DNA of 64,000 bases from an uncultured Hyphomicrobiales bacterium (GTDB lineage Bacteria; Pseudomonadota; Alphaproteobacteria; Reyranellales; JAQSWP01). Both the position numbers and the translations under genes were made by a program. The notes beneath the pieces were generated by a model, which saw only the letters and a list, made by a program, of their open reading frames with translations, ran no database searches and was not told where the DNA came from. The stretch lies in contig CAYWLS010000005.1 of the NCBI GenBank assembly GCA_964458605.1, positions 81,244-145,243 of the forward strand. The letters run 5' to 3'. Shown here in pieces: positions 54,192-64,000 of this stretch. The first letter of the stretch is position 1, and the number at the start of each line of letters is the position of its first letter.

Positions 54192-55423
54192 GCGCAGACA
54201 ACGAAGCGGCGGCGCCCCCCGCGCCGCCCCCTGCTCCCCTCGCCGGCCTGAAGGTTCTCGATTTCGGCCATACCATCATGGGGCCGTGCGCCGGCTTGCT
54301 GCTGGCCGATCTCGGCGCCGAGGTGATCAAGGTCGAGCCGATCGACGGCGATTCCACCCGCCGCCTGCCCGGCTTCGCGGCCGGCTTCTTCGCCACCTTC
54401 AACCGCAACAAGCATTCCATCGCCGTCGACCTGAAGCGCCCCGAGGGCCAGGCGGTGGTGCGCCGCCTGGCGGCGAGCGCCGACGTGCTGCTGGAGAATT
54501 TCGGGCCGGGCACGATCGAGCGGCTGGGCTGCGGCTGGGACGACCTGAAGGACATCAATCCGCGGCTGATCTACCTGGCGCTCAAGGGCTATCTGCACGG
54601 CCCCTACGAAAATCGCGGCGCGCTGGACGAGGTGGTGCAGATGCAATCCGGCCTGGCCTATATGACCGGACCGCCCGGCCGGCCGTTGCGCGCGGGCGCG
54701 CCGATCATCGACATACTGGGCGGCGTGTTCGGCGTGGTCGCGGTGCTGGCGGCGCTGCGCGAGCGCGACCGCACCGGCCAGGGGCAGCGTGTCGGCAGCG
54801 CGCTGTTCGAGACCGCTTCCTTCCTGATGGGGCCGTTCGCGGTCGGCAGCGCCGTGTCGGGCGAGCCGATGCCGCCGATGCCGGCGCGCAAGGGTGCCTG
54901 GGGCATCTACGACGTGTTCACCGCCAGCGACGGCAAGATGGTGTTCCTGGGCGTCACCAGCGACCAGCACTGGCAGCGCTTCTGCGACCAGTTCGACCTG
55001 CCGCATCTGTTCGGCGATCCGCGGCTGAAGAACAACGCCATGCGCACCGACCAGCGCGACTGGATGCTGCCGCAACTGCAGGCGCTGATGGCCAATTTGC
55101 CGAGCGAGGAGATCGTGCGTCGCGCCGAGGCGGCCAAGCTGCCCTGGGCGCGGGTCGGCCATCCGGCCGATCTGATGCACGATCCGCAACTGCTGGCCGG
55201 CGGGCTGATCGAGACCGCCCGCTCGGTGCTGGGCGGCGGCGGCCCCACCGTGGCGGTGCCCGGCCTGCCGCTGGAATTCGGCGAGGCCAGGGCGCGTACC
55301 GGGCTTAAGACCCAGCCGCCGCGCATCGGCGAGGACGCCCGGACGGTGCTGGCCGAGGCCGGCTTCGCAGCCGACGAGATCGCGACCTTGCTCAAGGACG
55401 GCGTGGTGCGCGAGGCGGCGTAG
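54188..55423 (+). CDS. family III CoA-transferase (CaiB/BaiF)
   Basis: GTG 54188 overlaps the upstream stop (GTGA). LKVLDFGHTIMGPCAGLLLADLGAEVIKVE N-terminal motif. Confidence 0.9.
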   Translation: MSADNEAAAPPAPPPAPLAGLKVLDFGHTIMGPCAGLLLADLGAEVIKVEPIDGDSTRRLPGFAAGFFATFNRNKHSIAVDLKRPEGQAVVRRLAASADVLLENFGPGTIERLGCGWDDLKDINPRLIYLALKGYLHGPYENRGALDEVVQMQSGLAYMTGPPGRPLRAGAPIIDILGGVFGVVAVLAALRERDRTGQGQRVGSALFETASFLMGPFAVGSAVSGEPMPPMPARKGAWGIYDVFTASDGKMVFLGVTSDQHWQRFCDQFDLPHLFGDPRLKNNAMRTDQRDWMLPQLQALMANLPSEEIVRRAEAAKLPWARVGHPADLMHDPQLLAGGLIETARSVLGGGGPTVAVPGLPLEFGEARARTGLKTQPPRIGEDARTVLAEAGFAADEIATLLKDGVVREAA

Positions 55424-55469
55424 CGCAACCGGGATGGAGGCAGCATGGGTTCGCTGCCATCCGATCCCG

Positions 55470-56213
55470 CTACGGCTCAGCGACCGCGCCCAGCATCGAC
55501 TTGAAGGCCTTGAGATCGACCGTCAGATGCGCCTGGTCGGTGTGCAGCACGATGGTGTAGCGCAAGGGCGCGGGCACCAGCGCCGGATCGCCCTTGGTCA
55601 CCACCAGCACGTCGATCCAGCCATCGGTGCTCATCACCGTGCGGTGCTTGCGCTTGCGCAGCTTCTCGGCCAGCGCGTCGCACACGATGCGCGGCACGGC
55701 GCAAGGCGCAACCGTCTCCGTCTCGAGCTCGCTGTCCAGGCCGGCATAAGTCTCGATGCGCCGCTGCGTCGGTCCGAAACAATCCTGCGCCTGGGCCGGA
55801 TCGAGGAAGATCACCGAGCGCAGATCCAGGCCCAGCCGCGCCGGTCCCCGCGCGCGGCAATCGACGCCGCCATCGGGCCGATCGAGCGTGACGATGGTGC
55901 CGTCCTCGAAGGTCTCGAATTTGGGAGCGATCTGGGTTTGAAGATCGGCCGGCGGCGACGGCGTGGTCTGCAATGGCCGACCGCCGGCGCCGACCGGCTG
56001 GCTGCCGGCGCCCGGCACGGGGGGCGACGGCGCGTCGCGGCCGGGTTGAACCGGCGGCGTGGTCTGCAGCGGCGGCCCGGTGGCCGGCGCGGGTTCGCTC
56101 GGCGTCGCCGCGACGGGCGACTGCAGCGGCGCGGCCTGGATCGGCGGCTCGGCGGCTCGGGCGGCGATCGCCGCCAGGCCCAGCGCCAGAACCAACACCG
56201 TCACACCCCGCAT
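55470..56213 (-). CDS. secreted Pro-rich hypothetical protein
   Basis: Start ATG 56213 gives the signal peptide MRGVTVLVLALGLAAIAARA. Repeated PLQ(T/S)(T/P)P segments are followed by a globular C-terminus. Confidence 0.6.
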   Translation of the reverse strand: MRGVTVLVLALGLAAIAARAAEPPIQAAPLQSPVAATPSEPAPATGPPLQTTPPVQPGRDAPSPPVPGAGSQPVGAGGRPLQTTPSPPADLQTQIAPKFETFEDGTIVTLDRPDGGVDCRARGPARLGLDLRSVIFLDPAQAQDCFGPTQRRIETYAGLDSELETETVAPCAVPRIVCDALAEKLRKRKHRTVMSTDGWIDVLVVTKGDPALVPAPLRYTIVLHTDQAHLTVDLKAFKSMLGAVAEP

Positions 56214-56290
56214 CGCCCGCCCGATCCCGTCACAAGCCATCGCCGGACTGTGGCGAGCGATTCCGGCGAGATCGGGGCAAGCCCGAGGCG

Positions 56291-57043
56291 CTACAGGAAA
56301 TTGTTGGGCCAGATCATGGTGCGCCACATATGGGCCACCGGCGAATTGTCGAAACCCAGCCCTTCGGCCGGCTGGCGGAAATGGCGGCCGACGATGTCGG
56401 TGAAGATCGCCGGGTCGAAATCGAGCGGCTGCTCGAAGGAATAGATGTCGTAGATCGTCACCAGCCGCGCGCTCATGTACCAGCGATGCCGGCGCGCCGC
56501 CTCGTGGTCGCGGCGGATGTAGTCGGGCGGCACGTAGTCGGGGCCGAAGAAGCGCAGATAGGAGGCGGGATATTCGTAGCCCACCGACGGGTCGGGGAAA
56601 TAGCGCAGCGCCTGGTGGTACTGCACCGCCCAGGCAATCTCATCATCGACATAGGGCGCGATCAGCTGCGCGCCCCAGTAGCCGTGGTCGGACCGGATCA
56701 GCGCGCCGTTGGCGATGTCGTGCAGCAGGCAGGCCACGACGATCTTCTCGTCCTGCCCGGCATCGAGCGCGTGCTTGGCGGCCATCAGCAGGTGACGGTA
56801 GGTGATGTCGCCGAAGCGCAGGCGGAAGAAATCCATCAGGGCCGGCCGCTCCGGCATCGGCGGCAGCGCCGGGTTGTCGCCCATCATCATCACGGTGGTG
56901 GCGCCGTCGAGCGCGCCCAGCAGCGCCTTCTCGTTGTCCGGAATGTCGGTGCCGATGCGGCCGACCGGCGCGGAATAGATCTGGCGCTTCAGCCCGGCCT
57001 GCGGCGCGGCTTTGGGCTTGGAAGAAGATTCGCGACCATCCAT
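56291..57043 (-). CDS. HD-domain-like hypothetical protein
   Basis: 250-aa ORF with CLLHDIANG (an HD-like motif). The assignment is tentative. Confidence 0.55.
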   Translation of the reverse strand: MDGRESSSKPKAAPQAGLKRQIYSAPVGRIGTDIPDNEKALLGALDGATTVMMMGDNPALPPMPERPALMDFFRLRFGDITYRHLLMAAKHALDAGQDEKIVVACLLHDIANGALIRSDHGYWGAQLIAPYVDDEIAWAVQYHQALRYFPDPSVGYEYPASYLRFFGPDYVPPDYIRRDHEAARRHRWYMSARLVTIYDIYSFEQPLDFDPAIFTDIVGRHFRQPAEGLGFDNSPVAHMWRTMIWPNNFL

Positions 57044-57087
57044 GGCGCATCATCGCGCCCGGACCGGCGCGGCGCAAGCCTGCCCCT

Positions 57088-57150
57088 AGAGCGGATCACG
57101 ATCGGACAGAAGCGCGACAACGCTTCCATCCGATCGTGTGAATCCGCTCT
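57088..57150. repeat. imperfect inverted repeat at the chromosome/prophage-remnant junction
   Basis: AGAGCGGATCACGATCGGA (57088..57106) versus TCCGATCGTGTGAATCCGCTCT (57129..57150). The two arms are complementary apart from a 3-nt insertion. Confidence 0.5.
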
Positions 57151-57185
57151 ATCTCTCTAAAGTGTAGAACAAATTCACACCTTTC

Positions 57186-57209
57186 GACGGAATCCGGAAC
57201 GATTCCGTC
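57186..57209 (-). terminator. hairpin downstream of the lysis cassette
   Basis: GACGGAATC-cggaac-GATTCCGTC forms a perfect 9-bp stem. It lies 16 nt past the spanin stop. Confidence 0.5.
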
Positions 57210-57224
57210 AAAAGGCGATTTGCT

Positions 57225-57497
57225 CTAGCGGGCGGCGGCGAGCTTCCTGATCTCGGCCATGTTGGCCTGGCAGGCATGCAGCGCCGCCAGCGCGATCTCA
57301 ACCACCGCGGCGGCGTCCTTCTGCGTCGCGATCGGCCGGGGCGCGGGGTCGTCGGGGCAGACCAGCAGCGCCTGGGGGATGGTGACGCGCTCGACTTTAG
57401 TGACGACGATCGGCGGCGCAGGCTGGGGCGTGCCACAGGCGGCTAAAGGAAGCGCACAGCACATCGGCCACAGGGCCATCCTGCTCGGGCGGCGCAT
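57225..57497 (-). CDS. o-spanin (Rz1-like outer-membrane lipoprotein), overlapped with the i-spanin gene
   Basis: Signal and lipobox ALPLAAC followed by a Pro-rich mature part. The gene starts inside the 3' end of 57397..57813 in another frame. Confidence 0.7.
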   Translation of the reverse strand: MRRPSRMALWPMCCALPLAACGTPQPAPPIVVTKVERVTIPQALLVCPDDPAPRPIATQKDAAAVVEIALAALHACQANMAEIRKLAAAR

Positions 57498-57813
57498 TCT
57501 GGATCTCCATCAGGCGTTGGTTGAGATCGGCGTTCTCCTGCTGCAGCCGGACCAGCCGCGCCGCGGTGGCGGCATCGGTCATCGCCTGCCAGGCCTTCAG
57601 CGCGGCGATCGCCTGCCGTTGCTCGAGCGCGGCCTGGGCGGCGATGCGCGTGCGGTAGTCGGCGAACGCCGCGCGCTGCTGCGCCAGCGCGCTGTCGCTG
57701 CGCTGCAGGCGCAAGGTCTGCACGCCCAGCAGCACGGCCAGCGCGATCAGCGGCCATAGCCAAAGCGGCAGCTTGCGCACCGCGGCCAGCGCAAGAGACA
57801 GGCTCGCGCTCAC
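57397..57813 (-). CDS. i-spanin (Rz-like)
   Basis: GTG 57813 overlaps the endolysin-like stop (GTGA). N-terminal TM LPLWLWPLIALAVLLGV is followed by a coiled-coil-like Ala/Gln/Arg-rich region. Confidence 0.7.
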   Translation of the reverse strand: MSASLSLALAAVRKLPLWLWPLIALAVLLGVQTLRLQRSDSALAQQRAAFADYRTRIAAQAALEQRQAIAALKAWQAMTDAATAARLVRLQQENADLNQRLMEIQNAPPEQDGPVADVLCASFSRLWHAPACAADRRH

Positions 57814-58589
57814 GACGTCGCCCTGGCCGGCCGGTTCTTCTGGCGCTGCAGCCACCAGTGCCAGGCCAGGCCGGCGGCGATCAGCGCCAGCAGCGCCACC
57901 CCGCCCCATTTGAACAGATAGCCGTATTGCTGCAGGAACGTCTGGCCGCGCTCGATGACGACGCCGGGATCGATCGGCGCCGGGATCGACCCCGGCGGCG
58001 CGGCCGGCAAGCCGGGCAGCGGCGGCGGATAGGTCGGCGCGATCGCGCTGCCGGTGGCGGCAGCGGTTGCCGCAGCCGCGCCGGCGGCCGGCGCCATCGT
58101 GCCCAGCGGCCTTGGCGGGCGCAGCACGCCGTATTGCGCCAGGCCCCAATCGATCTGCTGGTCGTTCCACCAGCGATAGGGATCGCCGCCCTGCTCGACC
58201 GCGGCCATCGCCAGCAGCACCGGCTTGAGATGCGCGTAGCGATGGAAGTCGAGGACGGCGTTGGCGGCAAAGCCGGTGGCGCCCGTCACGCGCGCGATAT
58301 AGGCGGCGGTGTCGTTGCGATCCTGCGGCGGCGCCCAGCCCGGCCGATAGTCGGGCTGGCCGTAGCTGCCGCTGCCGCCGATCAGCGTCGCGATGGTGTC
58401 GTGGCCCCAGCGGTCGTAATGGGCGATCACGTTGCCCGCCGCGCAGCGCCAGCCCTTGGCCGGCCCGTCGAAATGCAGGAAATCGCCGGCGCCGGTGTGT
58501 TCGACGGCGATCACGCCTTGCCATTTGCTGCGGCCATCGGGTCGCACATTGAGCGGATTGTTGAAGCGCACGCCGGAAGGAAGAGCCAT
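57810..58589 (-). CDS. putative endolysin-like protein with C-terminal TM anchor
   Basis: Positioned between the holin-like and spanin genes. N-terminal RFNNPLNVRP..W.G motif, a Pro/Ala linker and a C-terminal TM WGGVALLALIAAGLAWHWWL. Enzymatic class not established. Confidence 0.5.
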   Translation of the reverse strand: MALPSGVRFNNPLNVRPDGRSKWQGVIAVEHTGAGDFLHFDGPAKGWRCAAGNVIAHYDRWGHDTIATLIGGSGSYGQPDYRPGWAPPQDRNDTAAYIARVTGATGFAANAVLDFHRYAHLKPVLLAMAAVEQGGDPYRWWNDQQIDWGLAQYGVLRPPRPLGTMAPAAGAAAATAAATGSAIAPTYPPPLPGLPAAPPGSIPAPIDPGVVIERGQTFLQQYGYLFKWGGVALLALIAAGLAWHWWLQRQKNRPARATS

Positions 58590-58597
58590 CGGTCACC

Positions 58598-60309
<1,712 letters not shown>

Positions 60310-60443
60310 TCACGGCGCTCCTCCACCGGCATTGTCTTGGCGTCGCCGCTTGGCGCGGCGATCGTAGCCAGGGTGGTAAGCCCGCGACCGGTTGGCGAGC
60401 AACAATCAGCTATTCACAGGGGGGCGGAGGCGTGGCCAATTGG

Positions 60444-60750
60444 TCATGGCGGCGATCCAATTCGCCAACGGCTTGGACCAGGCGGCAAAGACGTGCTGGG
60501 TATTACCGCCGATGCCCCGGCTTCCGAGCAGCGGTGCATCACCGTCCGCAACGGCGCCCCGCCGATGCCGGCCAGCGCATTGTCCGGCAGCGATGCCGCG
60601 CCATGAACTGCCCCGGCAGCGAATGCCACCAGCCGTCGCCGAACTTCGCCGCCAGGTACTGGCCCAGCGGCGTCTCGTAATCCGTCAGCGCCTGAAAGTA
60701 CCCCCCGCATCCGCTACACGATCGCTCTCGATCGGATCAAGCAGGTCCAC
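60444..60750 (-). pseudogene. decayed duplicate of the 5' end of toxin B
   Basis: 60545..60750 aligns nearly base-for-base with 63068..63282. ATG is replaced by GTG, and single-base indels cause frameshifts and an early stop. Similarity decays with indels down to about 60444. Confidence 0.8.
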
Positions 60751-60864
60751 CAGCCCGGCCCCTCATGCTCGAAGCCGGCAACACAACGATATTTATGCCC
60801 GGCACTTTGCTCATCGACCACTCGATAGTCGCAACCATCGAGTGATACCAGAACAGCCGCTGCA

Positions 60865-61257
60865 TCAGGTCGGGTTTCGTTCCACAGATTGCGCCGCGCC
60901 GGGCGGCCTCATGCCGAACTGCGCATAGAAACCCTCGAGGCTCATCACCTCGACCGGCACGATCACCGACTTGTCCTCGCGGCTGCGCAACGCATGGATC
61001 TCCAGCATATGCGGTGTCGGCGGATAGGTACAAACTACCTGGATCACCGCCGCCTTGCCGACCACGCTGGCGTCGAAATTCTCCATGGCGCCCGACGTGA
61101 TGATCTTGAGATAGCCGGCGAGCTTCCTGTGCAACAATTGCTCACGCTCACCCGCGTCTGCGATCGGCTCGGCGTCGAAGATCACCATGGCGATACGTCC
61201 GTCTTCGTCCGGCAGCCGCACCGCCATGTCGAGATTGGTCGGTTCGTTCAATGCCAT
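60865..61257 (-). CDS. immunity-like small protein (B2)
   Basis: ATG 61257 overlaps the upstream TAA by 1 nt (TAATG). Paralogue of 48554..48904 (QVVCTYPPTPHML). Confidence 0.7.
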   Translation of the reverse strand: MALNEPTNLDMAVRLPDEDGRIAMVIFDAEPIADAGEREQLLHRKLAGYLKIITSGAMENFDASVVGKAAVIQVVCTYPPTPHMLEIHALRSREDKSVIVPVEVMSLEGFYAQFGMRPPGAAQSVERNPT

Positions 61258-61655
61258 TACAGGAACTCCTCGCCGACCGTCTCCCACTCCTCGCCGGATT
61301 TCAGGCGACGCTGGATTTCCCTTACAGTGAAAATCACGCCGTATTCATTACAAATGAATAAATTATCAGTAGCTGGAAGCCGGCTGACCGCTAAGTTAAC
61401 TGACACCGAGTTTCTGAACGGTAGACCCGCAAAAAAAGGGCGACCAATCAAAGCGAGTAATCTGACCTTCTCATCTGGTTCGAATTCTGCCAGCACAGAA
61501 TCCGTCCCTCCCAAATCGATATGAAACCAACCCCAGTCATCATTCTGAACCACCAACCTTTCACCATAAACCGCAGCTTTGCCAATATCGTGGTACAGAT
61601 CGGCAAGGGCGGGCAGGTCAAGATCTCTCTCGGAAACAATGATCATCTCTTTCAT
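61257..61655 (-). CDS. immunity-like small protein (B1)
   Basis: 132 aa in low-G+C DNA. Starts 7 nt after the toxin B stop. Homologous to the N-half of 48953..49714. Confidence 0.7.
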   Translation of the reverse strand: MKEMIIVSERDLDLPALADLYHDIGKAAVYGERLVVQNDDWGWFHIDLGGTDSVLAEFEPDEKVRLLALIGRPFFAGLPFRNSVSVNLAVSRLPATDNLFICNEYGVIFTVREIQRRLKSGEEWETVGEEFL

Positions 61656-61662
61656 GCGCGCC

Positions 61663-63282
61663 TCATGGTTTGATAACCTCTCTGAGCAGCTTTTCGTCTT
61701 TGGTCACCAGTCCCCCTGCATTGCCAATGCCTCGAATGATGCTAGGACCCAAATCTGGTCCATAGCCGATAGTCGGAAAGCCAGTTAGCTTTTCGTACCG
61801 TAATACTTGATGGGTAAGTTTTCCGCCTGTTCCTGCTTTTACCTGGATCACTGCATTGCGAGTCAAGATATCGATTTCTCCTACTTTATCTCCAGTATGC
61901 GGGTCGATTAGCTCGCAATTAGTGCAAACGACATGTCCCGGATTGTCCCGCTCGATTTCATTGGCGCGGTCAGCTACATGCTTATCGGTCGACGCAAAGC
62001 TTCGTCTGCCATCCTTGCCGATGCTGATCGGGGTCGTTTCCTTTAGCACGAGTTTAGGAGAGGTTATGCCCTTGGCATAGTTGGCCATGCCAAAATGTAC
62101 CTGGTCGGCCCGATATTTGTAGCCGTTGTCGATGAAATCTTGAATAGCGACACCAAACAATTTGTGTTTGTCTGCCAGACTCATCTGATCGAGGAGTTGT
62201 TCGATAGGCGTATTGCCTAATGCACCGGTCACCCGTGCGCCGGATTTTGCAGGAACAGAAGCTACTGAAAGTTGTTGGCTGGTTACTCCGCTCATCCCCG
62301 CAGGTGACTGCGTCGGTACAACGGTGTTTGGGCCTAGCCCAGATGCATTAGCCAAGGGATTTCCTGGAGTAACGCCACTTGGCATGCTCTGAGTTTGTAA
62401 TGAAACTTTCCCGCCAACCGGCTCCTGGGGCGACCGCAGGATGCGGACACCATGGGCGCCCGCGCCCACCACGCTGCCCAGCGCCGCCGCCAGCCCCGCA
62501 TTGCGCCAGATCTCGCTGTCGCTTAGCGTCTCGCCCCAGCGCGCCAGCGGCTGCTTGATCGCATAGCCCTGCACCACCGCCGGCAGCGCGCCGCTCAGCG
62601 CCCCGATGCCGCCAGCCTTCGCCAGTGTCAGGCCACCGGTACGCGCCAGCCCCAGCACCAGCTTGCCTCCCGCGCCCCAGCCCAGCAGGTTGGTCGGGTC
62701 CGCCGCGCCCCCCGCCATCCCCGCCAGGAACCCCAACGTGCCGCTCAGCACGCCATCCGGCCGATGCGCGATCAGCCAGTCCCGCACCCGGTTGGTGTCG
62801 TAGATCGCCGCCTTCGCCTTGGCCCGCGCCGGCGTCATGAACGGCTCGAACGGCATGTCCCGATAGTCCGGCGACGCCCGCCACTCGGCCTCGGTGTAGA
62901 ACCTGTAGCCCGCCTGCTTCAGCACCTGCTCAACCTGCGGCAGGACCTGCTGCCGCTGCCCCGCCGGCAGGGCGTTCAACCGCTCCATGACCAGGTCCTG
63001 CGGCAACGGCGTGCTGGGCATCGCCACCGACGCCCCCGGCTGCCGCGCGGCCACCGGGATCAGGTGCATCACCGTCCTCAACGGCGCCCCGCCGATACCT
63101 GCCAGCGCATTGTCCGGCAGCGATGCTGCCGCCATGAACTGCCCCGGCAGCGAATGCCACCAGCCGTCGCCGAACTTCGCCGCCAGGTACTGGCCCAACG
63201 GCGTCTCGTAATCCGTCAGCGCCTGAAAGTAGTCCCCCGCATCCGCCACACGATCGCTCTCGATCGGATCAAGCAGGTTCAT
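61663..63282 (-). CDS. polymorphic-toxin-like protein (toxin B), 539 aa
   Basis: ATG 63282 overlaps the stop of the upstream gene (ATGA). The core is homologous to toxin A. The low-G+C C-terminal domain has ANEIE, VVCTNC and EIDILTRNAVIQVK motifs. Confidence 0.75.
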   Translation of the reverse strand: MNLLDPIESDRVADAGDYFQALTDYETPLGQYLAAKFGDGWWHSLPGQFMAAASLPDNALAGIGGAPLRTVMHLIPVAARQPGASVAMPSTPLPQDLVMERLNALPAGQRQQVLPQVEQVLKQAGYRFYTEAEWRASPDYRDMPFEPFMTPARAKAKAAIYDTNRVRDWLIAHRPDGVLSGTLGFLAGMAGGAADPTNLLGWGAGGKLVLGLARTGGLTLAKAGGIGALSGALPAVVQGYAIKQPLARWGETLSDSEIWRNAGLAAALGSVVGAGAHGVRILRSPQEPVGGKVSLQTQSMPSGVTPGNPLANASGLGPNTVVPTQSPAGMSGVTSQQLSVASVPAKSGARVTGALGNTPIEQLLDQMSLADKHKLFGVAIQDFIDNGYKYRADQVHFGMANYAKGITSPKLVLKETTPISIGKDGRRSFASTDKHVADRANEIERDNPGHVVCTNCELIDPHTGDKVGEIDILTRNAVIQVKAGTGGKLTHQVLRYEKLTGFPTIGYGPDLGPSIIRGIGNAGGLVTKDEKLLREVIKP

Positions 63283-64000
63283 TGCGGCAGCCCATCGATG
63301 GCGTAGCTGGGGAGCTGATACTGCGCAGGGTAGCCCAATAGCATCCCGGGAGGCAGCACCGCCCAATCGCGGTGCTCCTTGCCGAGCGCCAGCACTTGAT
63401 CAAGTGTGAAGACGAGCGGGCGGCCGGTTTCGTCCGGCAGCAACTTGCCGCTGCTCAACACCAACGCATATTCGCCGTCCTTGCCGCTCTTGAAATCGAT
63501 CCAGCGGGCCTTGGCGCTCTCTTGCGCTGCCGTTGCTTTGGCCATTTCCACCAGTTGCGAATCATCCTCGGGCAATCGCTTGAGGAAGTAGTTGGCGATC
63601 AGTTGGCCGCGCAAATAGTGAAATCCTTGAATCAGGCGTTCTTTATCCCCTTCCGCCGCCCGAGGAATGAATGCCGCCACCAAATTCTGATCGATCAACG
63701 GCACACGATCGCCCATCACCGCGCCAATTCCCGCGCCTGGATCGGGCCGATCGCGCGCTACATTGGCGATCATCGTCGCTTCTTCTATGCCCCTGTTGCG
63801 ATAGTCTTCGTTATGCGTCCATTGTGTCGTCATCTCGTAAACGGCAAAATATGGCGCAAACGGACTCATCTTGCGAAGCAGGTCGGCATGCTCGTCTGGG
63901 CTCAGCTTATGATGGGCGACGATGCTGGATTGAAGGAGATCCAGGGCTCCATCCTCATTGCCGCGACCGGCGGCCTGCACTATGTAGGGCAGCGTCTTGG
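63279..64000 (-). CDS. hypothetical protein translationally coupled to toxin B, 5' end outside window
   Basis: The reading frame is open to the window edge. No family recognised. Confidence 0.6.
   Translation of the reverse strand, partial: KTLPYIVQAAGRGNEDGALDLLQSSIVAHHKLSPDEHADLLRKMSPFAPYFAVYEMTTQWTHNEDYRNRGIEEATMIANVARDRPDPGAGIGAVMGDRVPLIDQNLVAAFIPRAAEGDKERLIQGFHYLRGQLIANYFLKRLPEDDSQLVEMAKATAAQESAKARWIDFKSGKDGEYALVLSSGKLLPDETGRPLVFTLDQVLALGKEHRDWAVLPPGMLLGYPAQYQLPSYAIDGLPQ

Overview
This is a high-G+C, densely coding chromosomal segment that looks alphaproteobacterial (cpa/tad-type Flp pilus locus, EcfG-type promoter). The six-frame track is full of long antisense or out-of-frame artefact ORFs. 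My calls therefore rest on family motifs read from the translations, start-site context and gene overlaps. Layout by region:
- 1-12.4 kb: catabolic and housekeeping genes (two SDRs, TetR, P450, thiolase, EamA, quinone oxidoreductase, DUF2167-like protein, His-rich membrane protein, enoyl-CoA hydratase, orphan molybdopterin hydroxylase large subunit).
- 12.8-29.2 kb: a complete Flp/Tad pilus locus. It is preceded by a LuxR-type response regulator plus a sensor-less hybrid histidine kinase and is bracketed by AT-rich non-coding DNA.
- 29.3-33.3 kb: MFS, AraC and IclR genes and a decayed aldehyde dehydrogenase.
- 33.5-34.9 kb: a tiny hydrophilic protein behind a general-stress-type promoter, plus an ATP-grasp-like gene.
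- 35-47.5 kb: an amide-utilisation supercluster (formamidase/acetamidase, SDR, urea/amide-type ABC transporter, AmiC-like protein, MarR, two divergent amidase-signature paralogues). Its promoters share an AT-rich operator-like motif. It is interrupted by a GIY-YIG ORF flanked by inverted REP-like hairpins.
- 47.5-52.4 kb: a lower-G+C island with a frameshifted kptA and a large modular toxin-like gene followed by immunity-like genes.
- 52.5-57.0 kb: housekeeping genes.
- 57.2-64.0 kb: a prophage remnant (overlapped spanins, endolysin-like, holin-like, collagen-repeat tail fibre). It carries a second, paralogous toxin-like gene, two immunity-like genes and a decayed duplicate of the toxin 5' end.
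The best candidate for an undescribed system is the pair of toxin/immunity loci. Neither has a recognisable secretion or trafficking domain, and one is wedged between phage genes. I recognised no rRNA, tRNA or CRISPR array.
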